A stretch of DNA of 64,000 bases, taken from Octopus sinensis (taxonomy: Eukaryota). Of this stretch, positions 1 to 14,720 are shown piece after piece; the first letter of the stretch is position 1, and every line of letters starts with the position of its first letter. Below the pieces are notes generated by a model that saw nothing but the letters and a program-made list of their open reading frames with translations, ran no database searches and was not told where the DNA came from. Location of the stretch: NCBI RefSeq assembly GCF_006345805.1, contig NC_043003.1, positions 110,794,001-110,858,000 of the forward strand, in the 5' to 3' direction. The translations under genes and the position numbers were made by a program.

Positions 1-652
1 ACGAAAAATGGATCTTCTATCGAAATGTTAAACGTCGTAAAGAGTGGCTTGGTAAAAAGGAAAAAAAAACTCAACTAGAACAGAGAAGGGAATTTCATGG
101 GGAAAAGATTATTCTCTCTATCTGGTGGGATTGCAAAGGAGTAATTCACTTTGTACAGTCACTACATAATACAACAATCAATGCTCAAGTCTACTGTCAG
201 CAATTAAAGCGTTTGAACCAAACTTTGAAGAAACAGACCCACTTTAGTGAATCGAAAAGAAGTGATGTTTCATTAGCACAATGCGCGACCCCACACTGCA
301 AAGATCACATCACAGATGATCGAGGAGCTTGGTTGGGAAAAAAATTCCTCATCCACTTTATTCTCTCGACCTTGCTCCCCCAGACTACAATTTGTTTCGT
401 AGTTAACAGAATCATTTTGGCGGACATAACTTTCGCAAACCAGGAGGAGGACGAAAATGACATTTCAGAGTTCTTCGCTTTGAAACCAAAAGAGTTTTGC
501 ATTGATGGGATTCAAAAGCTTGTAAGTTGATGGAAAGTTGTCATAGATAATCAGGGAAAGCACATTGACGATTAAATTTCAATGAAATATAACATTTGAT
601 CACTTGTTTTCTTAATTCAAAATTCAGACAGAACTTATGGAATAACCCGATA
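1..652 (+). mobile_element. Mariner transposon, 3' part, degraded
   Basis: EKWIFYRNVKRRKEW, SIWWDCKG, a degraded HDNARPH-like motif, DLAP.DY and GIQKLVS.WKVVIDNQG. Ends in a TIR-like gaacttatggaataacccga plus TA. Confidence 0.85.
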
Positions 653-1415
653 AATGGGACGACATGTAATTTACTAATCCGTTAGGGTATTTGCCACTGT
701 TGTTACGTTAAAGTAAAAATATCACATAGGATATATTTATGATAAATGGACTGACGTTACCCGTTTGCATGTTTCAGGATTTCGAATATCATAGTTACAC
801 ACATTTTGCTCATGAATCTATTATCATGTGAAGGAGACATTGTACATCATTCCTACGAATTAACAGAAAACAACTTCTTCGGTGTTTACTTATTGGTTGC
901 ACGTAAAAGTTCCTTACCAAATGTGTTTCTTATTATACTGAATCATAAATAATAACTCAATTATTGTATTAATTACTGTATAGTTCTTGATTATGATAAT
1001 TGACGTACTCAATCATTAACAATTTTGGTGTAACTGAGTTAAAAAATATAAGATGGAAATATATAATAGTAATAATTAATTCATTATATATACACAAACA
1101 AAAGTAAACATGTATATACGAATAATATATACCCCTTTCATCGCTCGATCAATATAAAGTGGTGAAAAGATATAAGTATATAATCACGAGCTTAAGTATG
1201 AGTTTACACTATTATATATTACGTGTTCTCCCCCTCTGCACTTGGCAGATATTAGAACGAAGAAACACATCAACCAAGATAAGCATATCAGCAGAAATAT
1301 ATAAATGTCTGTGTATGTACGTATAGATGTATGTACGTACATATGTGTATGCTTGCGTGCGTATATGTATATATATATATATATATATATAGATACATAT
1401 ATACAAATATATATA

Positions 1416-1800
1416 CACTAGCACTATCACCCGGCGTTGCTGGGTCATAGCGCTAGTGCATGCATATACAGCTACGTACGTGCGCACATACACGCGAGTA
1501 CTGTCCAAATCTCTGACCAATCACACACAGATAATTGGCATTCAATTAGCGTATAAAGTTTCGGGCATTTTGATTGGGGTTTGAATAAAAAAATCACAAA
1601 AAAGTCACTTCTATTGAATCTTTAATGGCTTTGCGGGGTGACTGGGGGAATGTAAAGATGTGCACGACCACCCTTGGAGGGTGTTGAATGACCATAGAAA
1701 GTGCGAGCACTCTAACTGAATAATTGTGGATTCGTATTAAGTGTACATACGCAGGCATTTTGCTGTTTATATATATTTATATATATATATATATATATAC
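1416..1800 (+). mobile_element. Non-autonomous Helitron/Helentron-like (DINE/HINE-type) element
   Basis: Starts ACTAGC...ACCCGGCGTTGC.GGGT with a short inverted repeat (actagc/gctagt) and ends ttttgctgtttatatata. The layout resembles HINE-type elements. No coding evidence. Confidence 0.4.
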
Positions 1801-2749
1801 AGAAATATAAATATAAATACATACATAGAATTTCTGAACGACTCCCGAGATGTCTACACGCATGTACTTTCGCGCAATGTAGCAGGACTGAATTTTGAGT
1901 AACTGCTAATATAATTTAATTTACTTATGGATGACTTAAGTTTACTTTTAAACTCCCCGTTTTACAAACATATATATATATATATATATGCATGGGGCAG
2001 ATGAAGCTCCTTAACCAGGGTGAGTGCAATCCATCTAGGAGAAGGACAATTCTGACATAAAACCAGGCTAGTGGTTGCTGACACAACACATATATATTAA
2101 ACCAACGTGATCTGCCTTTAAAAAAATGTTGTATTTGAGTCATCTTTTGAAACAGTCGGGTATGTTAAGGAGAAGCACGAAGATTAGTTTGACAGAAATG
2201 ATCCGAAAATCGTATCCTCTTTTGGACAATATGCACAGATGCCAACGTCAACTGATTTCACTTTAAAAAAATAATTCTACAAAGCACAAAGATTTTAAAA
2301 AGGTGAGAAATATATGCCAATCTAAACTGAGGCTAGTGAAACAGATATGGCGGAAAAAGAAGGCACAATATTAGCAGGATGCTGCAGACAGATGTGACTC
2401 ATTTACAGTAGATTATACGTTAATTTAAAAACATATACAAGTACAAAAATGAAGACCACAACAATAGTAATATTCAGAGAGAATCAGCGTGAGATAGTAC
2501 ATGACAAGATCTACCCTTTGAAATACAGGCTCTACATATTCTTGCATTCTTGCCATCTGAACAGACTGAGCAACGTGAATTAAAGTGTCTTGGGCAAAGA
2601 CATAAGACACCGCCTGGAGTCGAACTCAGGACATTATGAGCCGAAACCCAAGCCAGGAATTCACGCGCCTATTATATATGTGTGTTCGTGTGTGTGTATG
2701 TGTGGGTGTATATATATGTATTGATATATATATATATATATATAATATG

Positions 2750-4570
2750 TTACAAACACACACACACACACATATATATATGCATGTTTGCATGAAAGAC
2801 TGACAATGTGTTTGAGAATACACACACATACACACACATATACATGCACCATACATTTATACACGTATAAATGTATATAAGTACTCTCAAATATACATAC
2901 ATGCATGTATATATGTCTGTGTGCTCGCATGTGCTGTTATACGTGCACGCGCATATATATTTTATAGATGCTCACACGTTCATATATGTAATAATGGAAA
3001 AGGTAGAGGGAAAAGAGGGAGGGAAAAAAGAGAGAATATGAGACAAATACTCTTATCACATAAAGAAATACTGTTGAAAGAATCATTGAATTCTCATTTA
3101 TAGCTGCTTGGATATTATTTCTTTCTATAGTTGAAGAAAAAAATACATAACTTAGTTATCAATTACGTATGTACGTCAGTTTTCCACTATAGAGAGACGA
3201 ACAGCGAAAATAACAATAAAACGTTACAAGAAGATATATCGATAGGTAACAGCTGTGCTGGATATTTTCCTTGGATTTACCTTCGCAATTTGTCAGCCAT
3301 GTTCTCCATTATATGATTTCATACTGAGCGCACACATCGTACAGTGTGTCATCTTTTGAGGCAGCAGAATACGCATCTTCTCTATTCATGCAAGTAAATG
3401 AGTGTACTACTGCGAGCGAGTATCCTACGTATAGATTTTCTATAAATCGAGGTATTCATTGAGTGTGATGTATAGAAAAAGCAAGTATAAAAATCTGTTA
3501 AACACTTTTGTCCGTAGCATGATACAAACGTAGGCTTACACATGTATATGCAGAAGCACATACAGTCATAGACTGAGACACACAACTGCGTACAATGTAT
3601 ACATACATCGACGCATGAGGCTACATAGAACAATACACAGACGCACCCACCACACACATATATATATGCATGTTTGCATGAAAGACTGACAATGTGTTTG
3701 AGAATACACACACATACACACACATATACATGCACCATACATTTATACACGTATAAATGTATATAAGTACTCTCAAATATACATACATGCATGTATATAT
3801 GTCTGTGTGCTCGCATGTGCTGTTATACGTGCACGCGCATATATATTTTATAGATGCTCACACGTTCATATATGTAATAATGGAAAAGGTATGAGACAGA
3901 GAAAGAAGGAGTCAGACTAAAGAGGGAGGGAAAAAAGAGAGAATATGAGACAAATACTCTTATCACATAAAGAAATACTGTTGAAAGAATCATTGAATTC
4001 TCATTTATAGCTGCTTGGATATTATTTCTTTCTATAGTTGAAGAAAAAAATACATAACTTAGTTATCAATTACGTATGTACGTCAGTTTTCCACTATAGA
4101 GAGACGAACAGCGAAAATAACAATAAAACGTTACAAGAAGATATATCGATAGGTAACAGCTGTGCTGGATATTTTCCTTGGATTTACCTTCGCAATTTGT
4201 CAGCCATGTTCTCCATTATATGATTTCATACTGAGCGCACACATCGTACAGTGTGTCATCTTTTGAGGCAGCAGAATACGCATCTTCTCTATTCATGCAA
4301 GTAAATGAGTGTACTACTGCGAGCGAGTATCCTACGTATAGATTTTCTATAAATCGAGGTATTCATTGAGTGTGATGTATAGAAAAAGCAAGTATAAAAA
4401 TCTGTTAAACACTTTTGTCCGTAGCATGATACAAACGTAGGCTTACACATGTATATGCAGAAGCACATACAGTCATAGACTGAGACACACAACTGCGTAC
4501 AATGTATACATACATCGACGCATGAGGCTACATAGAACAATACACAGACGCACCCACCACACACATATAT
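2750..4570. repeat. Tandem duplication of an about 0.9-kb segment (offset 886-907 bp)
   Basis: Identical ORFs at 3131/4038 and 3382/4289. The copies differ mainly by one short indel near 3005/3891. Confidence 0.95.
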
Positions 4571-4599
4571 GTGTGTCTCCCTGTCTATCTCTCTCTATA

Positions 4600-4689
4600 T
4601 ATATTATGGGCAGATAGATAGATAGATAAATAGATAGATAGATAGGTAGATAGATAGATAGATAGATAGATAGATATATACATATATAG

Positions 4690-4723
<34 letters not shown>

Positions 4724-4741
4724 TATATACATATATAGATA

Positions 4742-4773
<32 letters not shown>

Positions 4774-4786
4774 GATAAATAGATAG

Positions 4787-4817
<31 letters not shown>

Positions 4818-4977
4818 CCATCTCCTGAGCGCCTATTAATAATAATACTGTAATTGTTCCTGTTGTTGTTGTTTTTTTGTTTCCCTTTTGGATTAAAATT
4901 ATATATATATATATACATATATAGATAGATATATATATATACACACATATATATATAGATAGCTAGATATATATATA

Positions 4978-5023
<46 letters not shown>

Positions 5024-5029
5024 TAGATG

Positions 5030-5118
<89 letters not shown>

Positions 5119-5120
5119 GC
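4600..5120. repeat. (GATA)n/(TA)n compound microsatellite
   Basis: Direct inspection. Confidence 0.95.
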
Positions 5121-5671
5121 AATGGACACGTAGATACATGCATAAATAGATAGACGCACATATACAAACGTACATATATTATTCAGAAACAACATCTGTG
5201 TTAAAGACAATAGTTAGTTTAACACATATGTTGCAGGGAAAGTAGAAATTACAAAACAAATATATCTGTAATGAGAAAAAGAAAGGAAAATAACTCCGGC
5301 CGTGTTTCGTCTTTATACTGCCCTTAATAAGGAAGCATATTTTTCACTGATGTTTGCAGAAACGATGGTGATATAATGACTAAATATAGCACATTTCATT
5401 GTTGATATATATTACAATTGTTTATCGAAAACATACTACAGGGCCGCCATTTGCATGTAACAATAATTAAGATAATGTTATCCTTGAAGAAAGCAAGATG
5501 CAGAAATTGTTTCGTACATTGTCATTACATTCAACACGTGAACAGCTGCCAACAAGCACGCATATACATACTCACACATGCACACGCACTCATACATATA
5601 CACACGCGCACACAAATATATAAACATAAAGGAATTGCAATATTTAAGCTTATACATACATACATACACAC

Positions 5672-5739
<68 letters not shown>

Positions 5740-5909
5740 TTATTTATATATTTATATATATATATATTTATATATATTTATTATATATTTATATATATAT
5801 ATATATATTATATATATATATATATTATATATATATTATATATATATATATATATAATATATATATATATATAAATATAGAAATAAATATATATATATAT
5901 AATATATAA

Positions 5910-5951
<42 letters not shown>

Positions 5952-7339
5952 CACACACATACATACATATAAGAAACACATATTTACACAAACACACAGA
6001 CACAAACACACACACACATATGTACTTGGGAGAGAAATACTCCCATTTGTCCTCCCATATTCGGTAGTGTTACAGCGCTATATTCAGAATAGGTGCAGGC
6101 GGCGGCACGTGTAGACAACGTCGCTGCAGCTCAATGATTATATACTCCACTATGAACTTCGCTTCCGAGGCAAACGTCTGCTTAAGCAGAAGTCATTCGA
6201 ACCTGAGACTATAAAAACTGTCATAGCGACTGAACAAAGTTTTCCTTTCCCGGCTCTGTATTTTGCACTTACCTTCTGTTATTGTTGTGGCTAACGGTAT
6301 TTATTTTATTTAAACTTTAACATTGGTCGTCATCCTCACACCAGGATATCTGCAGACAAGATAAGCTTAATCTAACCTTCTGGGTGTAGGAGTATGCAAG
6401 CATATGCACATGAATATATACGTATATGCAGAAGGCATCGCCGCATAATCTCTCTCCCATTACAGGGAGATTCACATACGTGCAGTCATCCAGATATTTT
6501 GCGATAGCAGTAAATAACTATGCACAACTATTCAAACGCGTGTATGTGGTCGCATATGTCAATGTTTTTTTATGTATGTGTACTGGTATATTGGTATCTG
6601 TGCTTCTGCGTAACTCGCGTAGGTATACTTTCTTTAATTTGTGCGTGGGCTGTATGTGCATGAGTGAATATAAACATGTGACCGTATGCACGTTGCTATG
6701 TACAGAAATGACTCTCTTCGCTTACACACGCATATGTCTGATAGAGCACATATGCTGACACTAACAGCAAAATCATATGATCAAAGGGAATCAATTTTGA
6801 TATAGCTAAATAATTTACACGGTTACTGGTCAATTTTCTCTTCAAAACTAAACAGAGTTTATGATCTATGAAATTTTGTGATCCTTGGCAAATTGTCTAC
6901 ATTCATGAAACGAATCTCCTTCTGCATAAAATTCTGATTTCCTCTCTGTGAATATTTACTAATTGATAAGTTATTGGTAATGCTTTATAATTAGTAGAGC
7001 GTTAAGAATTTTTGTAGCAGCTCATAACAACAAAGATTGAATACATTATTAATCCTTGTTTAAATGTTGTGCAGAGATATGTTTTCAAACATAGTAGTTA
7101 ATGGGGATATCATTTAATATTCATTAATAATATTATTTATTAATAGTTATATTCTGTAATATTTGATTTCATTAATTCTCGTTATGGACTCTTCCTGAAG
7201 GATTTTCTCATACCATGGCAGGGTAAATGTCAGGCAATTTTGAAATCCAACGTTTTTTCTGCGTGGTTTTATATATGTGTGTGTGAATGTGTGTATGTTT
7301 GTGTGTCGGTCTCTGTGTGCGCGTGTGTATAATTACATA

Positions 7340-7501
7340 GGCGCAGGAGTGTCTGTATGGTTAGTAGTGTGCTTACCAACCATATAATTGCGGGTTAAGT
7401 GTCACTGCGTGGCACCCGGGGCAAGTGTCTTCTACTATAGCCTCGGGCCGACCAAAGCCTTGTATGTGGATTTGGCAGATGGAAACCGAACGAATCCCGA
7501 C

Positions 7502-7554
<53 letters not shown>

Positions 7555-7695
7555 CGTGTGTGCGTGTATTATGTTTGTGTATGTTTTTCTGTGTACGTGT
7601 GTTTATCTCCCCAATGTCGCTTGACAACCTATGCTGGTGCGTTTACAACCCCATAACTTAGTAGTTGGACTAAAGCGCCCGATAGAATAAGTATG
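7340..7695 (+). mobile_element. Octopus-type tRNA-derived SINE with internal microsatellite
   Basis: Head ggcgcaggagtg...tggtt, body gggcaagtgtcttctactatagcctcgggccgacc, internal (TG)n, then gcttgacaacc.atgctggtg. Confidence 0.8.
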
Positions 7696-8125
7696 TAATT
7701 ATTGAGTATGTGTATTTGGTGACAAAGAAAAGTGCATGTATATATATGCATACATCTATTCATATATAAAACACTCTTGAAGCGATAAATTATAGGGCTC
7801 AGTATCAATGTAATGTTCTGTAACAGGTTTGAACTCAAACGCTCAGAGTTAATCGTTTTCTCTCATCTGCTAATAAAGCGATATTAAAATACTCACTGTT
7901 TTTGCAACTGTCACTCACAAACGTCTTTTAAACATAAGTATAAAAAGTTTTGTAAACACTTTCATTTCACATTACAGTGAATATTCACAGAGTGAATGTT
8001 TTTAAAGAAAGTCAGGACCAGTTTACTCGCTGATGGCAGGAAATAAGTAACTCTAATTATTGACAACAGAGCCATACCGCTATAATGTACATACATACAT
8101 ACTTATTTACATACAAGCGTAAACG

Positions 8126-8227
<102 letters not shown>

Positions 8228-9537
8228 TGTGTGTGTGTGAGTGTGTTTGTGTGTTTGTGTGTTTGTGTGTGTGTATTGTTGTATTTAGGAATGGTCGTTT
8301 TGCCAGTTTAGCCAATAAAAACACACACACTATATATCTGGTGTTACTTTGCTTCAGCGTTATTTACTTTTTACATTAATCTTAATCTTATTTCAGCCGG
8401 AGTTCTTTCGTCACACTCCTGTGACGGCGTTAGTGGTCCTTTGCTTTCTTCTTTCTTATTTGTGGTACATACATACTTATTTACATACATGCTCATTCGT
8501 AACAGTAATTTTTACCAGGTACAAAGAAACAAGTGGTCTGATTAAAGTGTCAAAATTTCAAAGCAACAAATTTCAAAGCAAAACCGGATTTACGTCGACG
8601 TATATAATTCTCAAACAGTAATGCCTGTGAATGATATATGAAGCATCGAAAGAAAAATAGGTTTGATGAAGATGACATAAAAACTCATAAGGAATACAAT
8701 AAATTGTTGTTGTTGTTGTTGTTGTTTTGCCTCTTAATCTATTAGTATAACGATTACAATCAGTGTGTCATATTTTTGTCATATAGATTTTATTCAAGTC
8801 TACATTATCAAAGTTGGTATGACAACACACATTGATTTCGGAGTAGTTTGTTATTTCTTGTGGAACGACTCACCACTTAAACGTTTCCCAGTTTCATTGA
8901 ACTAATGCATGACAAACCCGAGAGGGAATACACACACACACATACATACAAGCACACATACAAGCAAACATACATACAAATACACATACATACACCCGTA
9001 CACACACACATGCACATGACATTAAATATGGATAGGATCAACATAAAACAGATGTGACATGGATGGCTTCATAAATCTGGATCTTCAAAGACCGCAAATC
9101 AAAGAGCTATTTCCCCCGTGAAGATTCCACACTAATGATAATGCATAAAAAATTTTTCTCTGACTAGGGAAATGAAACAGGTATAGAACTTCTCAATATA
9201 TTTAATAAAAAGGTGTTAAAATCTAAGCGATGGCATGGGAATATATAAATCCTTGGACCTAGTATTACCTGAGGTAATGAATAAAAATAAGAACGGTTAC
9301 ATTGCAAGTATCTCAGAAAATTGAACTGATTAATAGCAATAAAGTGAGAAAGCATAAAAGCTTGTGTTTTACTGAATTCTACAGCGTGACGTGATATTGT
9401 GGGAGAATATGAGGTGTATAGAGTTAAGATTTATCCTTGTTAACAATAAAAAAGATACATTTGCTCGAAGATTTGCTGTGCCAAGTCAGAGTTACATCAA
9501 TAATAACTTCAAAATAAATTATGTCATCCCATAAATA

Positions 9538-10010
9538 ATGAGGGTTGTTCTTATACTTCTTATAGTTTTAAAAATTAAGATAAGCAAAGTTCTTTTTTAA
9601 TCTAAAATATATTCTACTTCATATGCTCTTCTATTTGTCTGCTAGACTTGAAAGGCCCCTCTTCCAAAATTAACGTGTATGTGACGAAAAATACTCTTCC
9701 AGTACTGTTCTGACCCCGACTTACAGAATTCATAATTTTTCCTTCCAAATGATTTTGAAGACTGCAGAAAAAATCATAAGTGGAACAATATCTGGCAAAT
9801 ATGGTAGGTCGGTCATCGATTCCCATTCAAACTGCTCAAGTCTTTCGAATATCATTCTGACAATGTGTATGGCCGAGTATTATCTTCATTGAAGAACGCT
9901 TTTCGTCTTGAAATCAAAGATGGTCGTTTACCGATGGCACGCAAGTGTCAGTGAATGGCTGAATGACCAAATCCAAGCTTCTCTTGCTGTTCATCAACAG
10001 TTATGATGGG
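9538..10010 (-). mobile_element. Mariner transposase relic
   Basis: ...TYDFFCSLQNHLEGKIMNS (PSDYHLFRSLQNHL-like) with an upstream ITVDEQ (ITxDEK-like) motif. Confidence 0.7.
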
Positions 10011-10195
10011 ATTTTGTTCCAACAAGGGATAGATTATATAACATATCCTGATTAATAGACTTTGTTGAACGAGTATCATTTGTTTTGTCATTTGAACCTG
10101 CCGTAACTATGGTTGATACTCTCCAACTGCACGAAGAAATTTGGGGATTGCAAATAAGATATATGCTTATATACATATATATATATTTATGTATT

Positions 10196-10230
<35 letters not shown>

Positions 10231-10234
10231 TATG

Positions 10235-10311
<77 letters not shown>

Positions 10312-10474
10312 GTATGTATATATATATATTATTTATGTATGTATATATATATATACACATCTATATGCATATATACATATATATATATATGTAAGTATGT
10401 ACATATATGTATATATATATATATTGATATAGACATTTGTACGTATGTATGTATACATATCTGTAAATATACAT

Positions 10475-10548
<74 letters not shown>

Positions 10549-12675
10549 TTGTGTGAGTGTGTGCGAGTGTAGGTTTGTATATATGCATATAACAAATTCT
10601 CGAAGATCAAAGTTTGGGCGGCGGCTGTAATTTTATATGCATAAATTATTAATTACTATTCATTTGTATCAGGAAAGAGATATAGATATTTGAACTTAAT
10701 GATAATTATAATATTTAAACTTTACACGCACACATCCAAACATAGAAACATACTGACACCTCCACACGCTCTCACACACACATACATATAAATCAATGAT
10801 TACGCTGATACATATGAATATACCTATTTACGTACATTTTTGTGTGTCTACTTAAAAGGCGTGTTTGACAATATGAGTAACGATTAATCGATGCATATAT
10901 AAATGAATATATAACTGGTAATTAGAAGTTCTGGTTTCTGAAATATTAGAAACGCTTCTTATTCAAGTGTATTCCTTGGGGAATGAAATCTTTGTGCAAT
11001 ACTGGTCAATATGCACGTCGAATGCGTGTTGGCTGAAATTCACTGTGAAGCCTTAGGGAGGGAGAGTGTACATGATTGAGAGAAACAGGCGGAGTAAATA
11101 AGATGCATGTAAGTGGAGAGAGAGAGAGAGTAAACGTGAGATATAAAGAAAGTAAAGACAACTGATTCAGGATGAGTGCACATATAAGACTTGGGGGCAG
11201 GGAATGCTTATAGTAATGATACACACATAGAGTAATAGAAAATGCACAAGAGAGAGAGAGATAGGGAGGGAGGGAGGGAGGGAGGGAGAGCGGGAGGGAG
11301 AGAGAGAGTAAGGATAGAATAAAAGTAGTTATTAGGATAGTTCCTATAAAGGAGAAATTAATTTCATTTAATTTATATTTCAAAGTAATGAAAACTTTTC
11401 GGCTGAAATATATATTGCACAAGCATGAAGAATTTTCATAACATTTATATTGTAATTGTTGTTTACGTGTCATATTTCTTGATGTCATTGATGCAGTAGA
11501 AGTACATTTCCAAAGTTTCCAATGATATGGCGGGGCACATCCTAGTTCTTACAATAAAGTTTGAAACCGGTGCTAATTTCTTAAAAACTTTTGTTGGTTA
11601 AGTAAAATGCCATACAACGTTTTCTTGAATTCTTATAAGATTGTTTTTTCTACACTTTAGAAGAATATTTCCATTCGTTATGCGATTTGCTCTCATACAC
11701 GCCCGAAATAGTTACATACTTTTTAGATAAGAACTTTAATATATAACTATTTTATTTATTATTTTCAAAGTGCTATGCATCAGTGATATATTTCGATGCT
11801 TTACAGTTTCGTCAGCTTATGTGACTATATGACTATATGTGAGTATGCGAAATTATACGTTTTCCACTTGTAAAATCATGTGCATGATTTGCTAGTTTGA
11901 AAATACTCTTAATCGTTTCATTTGCTAGAATTAGCGTCCAATTCGGTATTCAAATCATTAAGTACTGTCATTGAAAAGGCGATTCTCACAGCATAACTGG
12001 ATTTCATATACACCAATGCAGATGCTAAACACGGCATAGCCATGGCATGGCCAAAAGCGGAAGGCAATAAACAATAACAAGTGAAACATTGTACTGGAAA
12101 TTCTGACTGGTTTCAATTGTATTTTTTCTGTAATTTTTCATTTTTTTTTCTTTAGTAAACAGAAGAGAATAAAAATATGCAGAACAGATATTAGAGAATT
12201 GATTCTCTTAAGAGAATTGACTTTTCATTATTCTTTTGGAGTTTCATGTGAATTGACATAACAAAGTGAAATTAATATAGTGTGTAAATTAGGTTTGCAT
12301 TTAAAAGGTTATTTAATGAACTTTCCATTTGTAATAATTGAACTTATATTGAGAATTAACAATATTTTCCACGATATTCAATGTGTAAAATTAAATTTAT
12401 TGATCTTCTTAATCTAAAGGTTATTTCGAGCGGAAAGCATCATTTAATACGACATAGACTTCACGTCTGCTTTAGTTTCAACTGCAAACGGAACATTAAC
12501 GACGGAAACATATTTTTTTAACTATAAAAAAAAGAGAGAAAAATTAATGCGATCTGGTAAATATGGCAACGACGAAAATGTCTGTATTAATATATTTGTA
12601 GATTACGATTCATAATACGCCACTGGTCTAATATTTTGCGGGAAATATACACAATATGGCCCATAATCCATAATG

Positions 12676-12979
12676 GTGGAGGCACATGGCCTAGTGGTTA
12701 GCGCAGCGGACTTGCGGTCGAGGGATCGCGGGTTCGAATCTCAGACCGGGCGGTGTGTCTGTTTATGAGCGAAACACTTAAGCTTCACGCGGCTCCGGCA
12801 GAAAGTAATGGTGAACGGCTGCTGACACTTTTGCCACAACCTTCTCTCTTCTTTCCTCCTGCATCTTGCAGCTCACCTGCAACGGACCGGCGTCCAGTCT
12901 AGGTGAGGAACCTATACACCCAGAAACCGGGAAACCGGCCCTTATGAGCCAGGTATGGCTCGAGAAGAAACAAACAAAA
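12676..12979 (+). mobile_element. tRNA-derived SINE (second family) with 13-bp target-site duplication
   Basis: A box TGGCCTAGTGG, B box GGTTCGAATC, A-rich tail. TSD ataatccataatg at 12663-12675 and 12980-12992. Confidence 0.9.
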
Positions 12980-13769
12980 ATAATCCATAATGCATAATAA
13001 TCAACAATTGCCATCTGATCGAAAATTGCAGTCTGTACAGATGCTTATAATATTGTTAACATTCGATTCGGAATGAAAGATCTAAGGCGGAATTCTTGCA
13101 ATTGTGAATGATTTGATGGTATTCATACTCTCAAAACTCATTCACATGATCATTCGTTATTACATAATATTATATCACATTACATTTCTTTAGAAATATC
13201 TCCTCAATTGAGCGATGTTCATGGCAACTTATTTTTATTCAGCTACGAGAAACTTCTTAAGACGAATGATGAAAAATGTGCTACTTAACAATGTTTCTTC
13301 CTTTACTTTGCTTTTCTCAGTTTCTAGTTTCGTAATATTTGTGGTGCATCCATTACCTCAGGATTCATCCGATGTAATCTATCATTTAAACAATAACCTT
13401 TTAATACACACCCACATATACATATATATGAAAATACACACGCGCACACATACTTTCTGATGTGTTGTCTACTCTGCATATTATATAGTTTGTTCTTAGT
13501 GCTTGTTCTTGGGCAGCACAGATTAGAGCCACCGTTTCCAGTTTTAAATTACTTTCAGTCATCAGCCGCCATCTCTGCTTGTGTTATCTTCAACATCTCT
13601 ATGAAATTGACCGCGCATTCTTTTCTTTACCCAAATATTTTCAATTCCGCGTATAGTGTTCTATCTTTGCAATATTTCATAATACACAAGCCTGACATTC
13701 TTACGTCTAATAATCGCGGTTCTCTGGCATTTTTACATACCATACTATGCTGTGTTCTTCTTCTCTAAT

Positions 13770-14075
13770 GCTTTGTTTAAATCAAATAAGTCCTCTTACC
13801 CCTCCTTTTCTTGATACATATAGTCTGTCTGTCTCACTATTTGGGTGGAGTGTCGCATATCTAGTTCGCAACTTCGTCTACTGTCCATGCGATTACCCAT
13901 CCTCCATATCTAAGAAGTGAAACCGTCCAGGTGTTAATAGCTTCAATCTTATTCCGTCCATTAAAGTTCGACTTAAGGATCAGTCTCAGTCTGCGCAAAT
14001 AATCCACCTTAAATATTTCTGTCATTTCTTTATCCATCATTTTGTTTATTTCCAAAATCCCCAAGTACCTGTAGC
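13770..14075 (-). mobile_element. Fragment of a second R4/Dong-like RT
   Basis: YLGILE...YLRRLRLILKSNFNGRNKIEAINTW and LHPNSETDRLYVSRK.G.RGL, paralleling 24960-25280 of the full element. Confidence 0.8.
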
Positions 14076-14077
14076 CA

Positions 14078-14720
14078 GTAATGTGCTAACGAGAGGTCTG
14101 AAATTATTTTTTTTTTTACTATTTCTTCAAAAGTGTTCTGACATTTAGTGGACCAATTCCACTTTACTCCTTGTTTAAATAAGTCGTTTAATGGAGCTCT
14201 AAATTTATGCATATTAGGAATGTAACTTTGATAGTAATTTGCCTACCAAAACATGCTGTAATATTTGTCGGCTTAGGTAAATTCCTTATTGCGTCTGCCC
14301 TCGACGTGTCAGAACGTCTACCACTTTTATGAATCATTTGCTTTAAGTACTTAATTTGGGGTAGAAAGAATTCGCATTTTTCCTCTCTCAAAGTGAACCT
14401 GAAGACGTTAATATTCTTAAATAGAGCTTTTATCGGTTCCACATGCTGTGCAGGAGATTTACTCTTGATCAAATGAGATCACATAGTATCCATCACTCGC
14501 TGGAGTATTGCTGGTGCAACTTTTAATCCAAATGGTAATCATGTGTATCTGTACAATCCTCTGTGTGTATTTATTGTCAAATAATTTGAACATATTTCAT
14601 TTACTTTTATCTGTAAATAGGCTCCAGATATATCTAATACGGAAAAAAAATACCACCATTTAACTTTAAATTTTTCCACCATTAAACGTCATTTGAGGTC
14701 GGAAGTGGATGGTCTGTCTT
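14078..14720 (-). mobile_element. Ty3/Gypsy pol RT fragment
   Basis: LDISGAYLQI...INTHRGLYRY..LPFGLKVAPA, EKCEFFLPQIKYL, APLNDL.KQGVKWNWS..CQ..F, SDLSLAHY. Confidence 0.85.

Noticed and set aside
12676-12750. tRNA gene
   Set aside because: The tRNA-like boxes continue into a SINE body with tail and TSD, and there is no proper acceptor stem.
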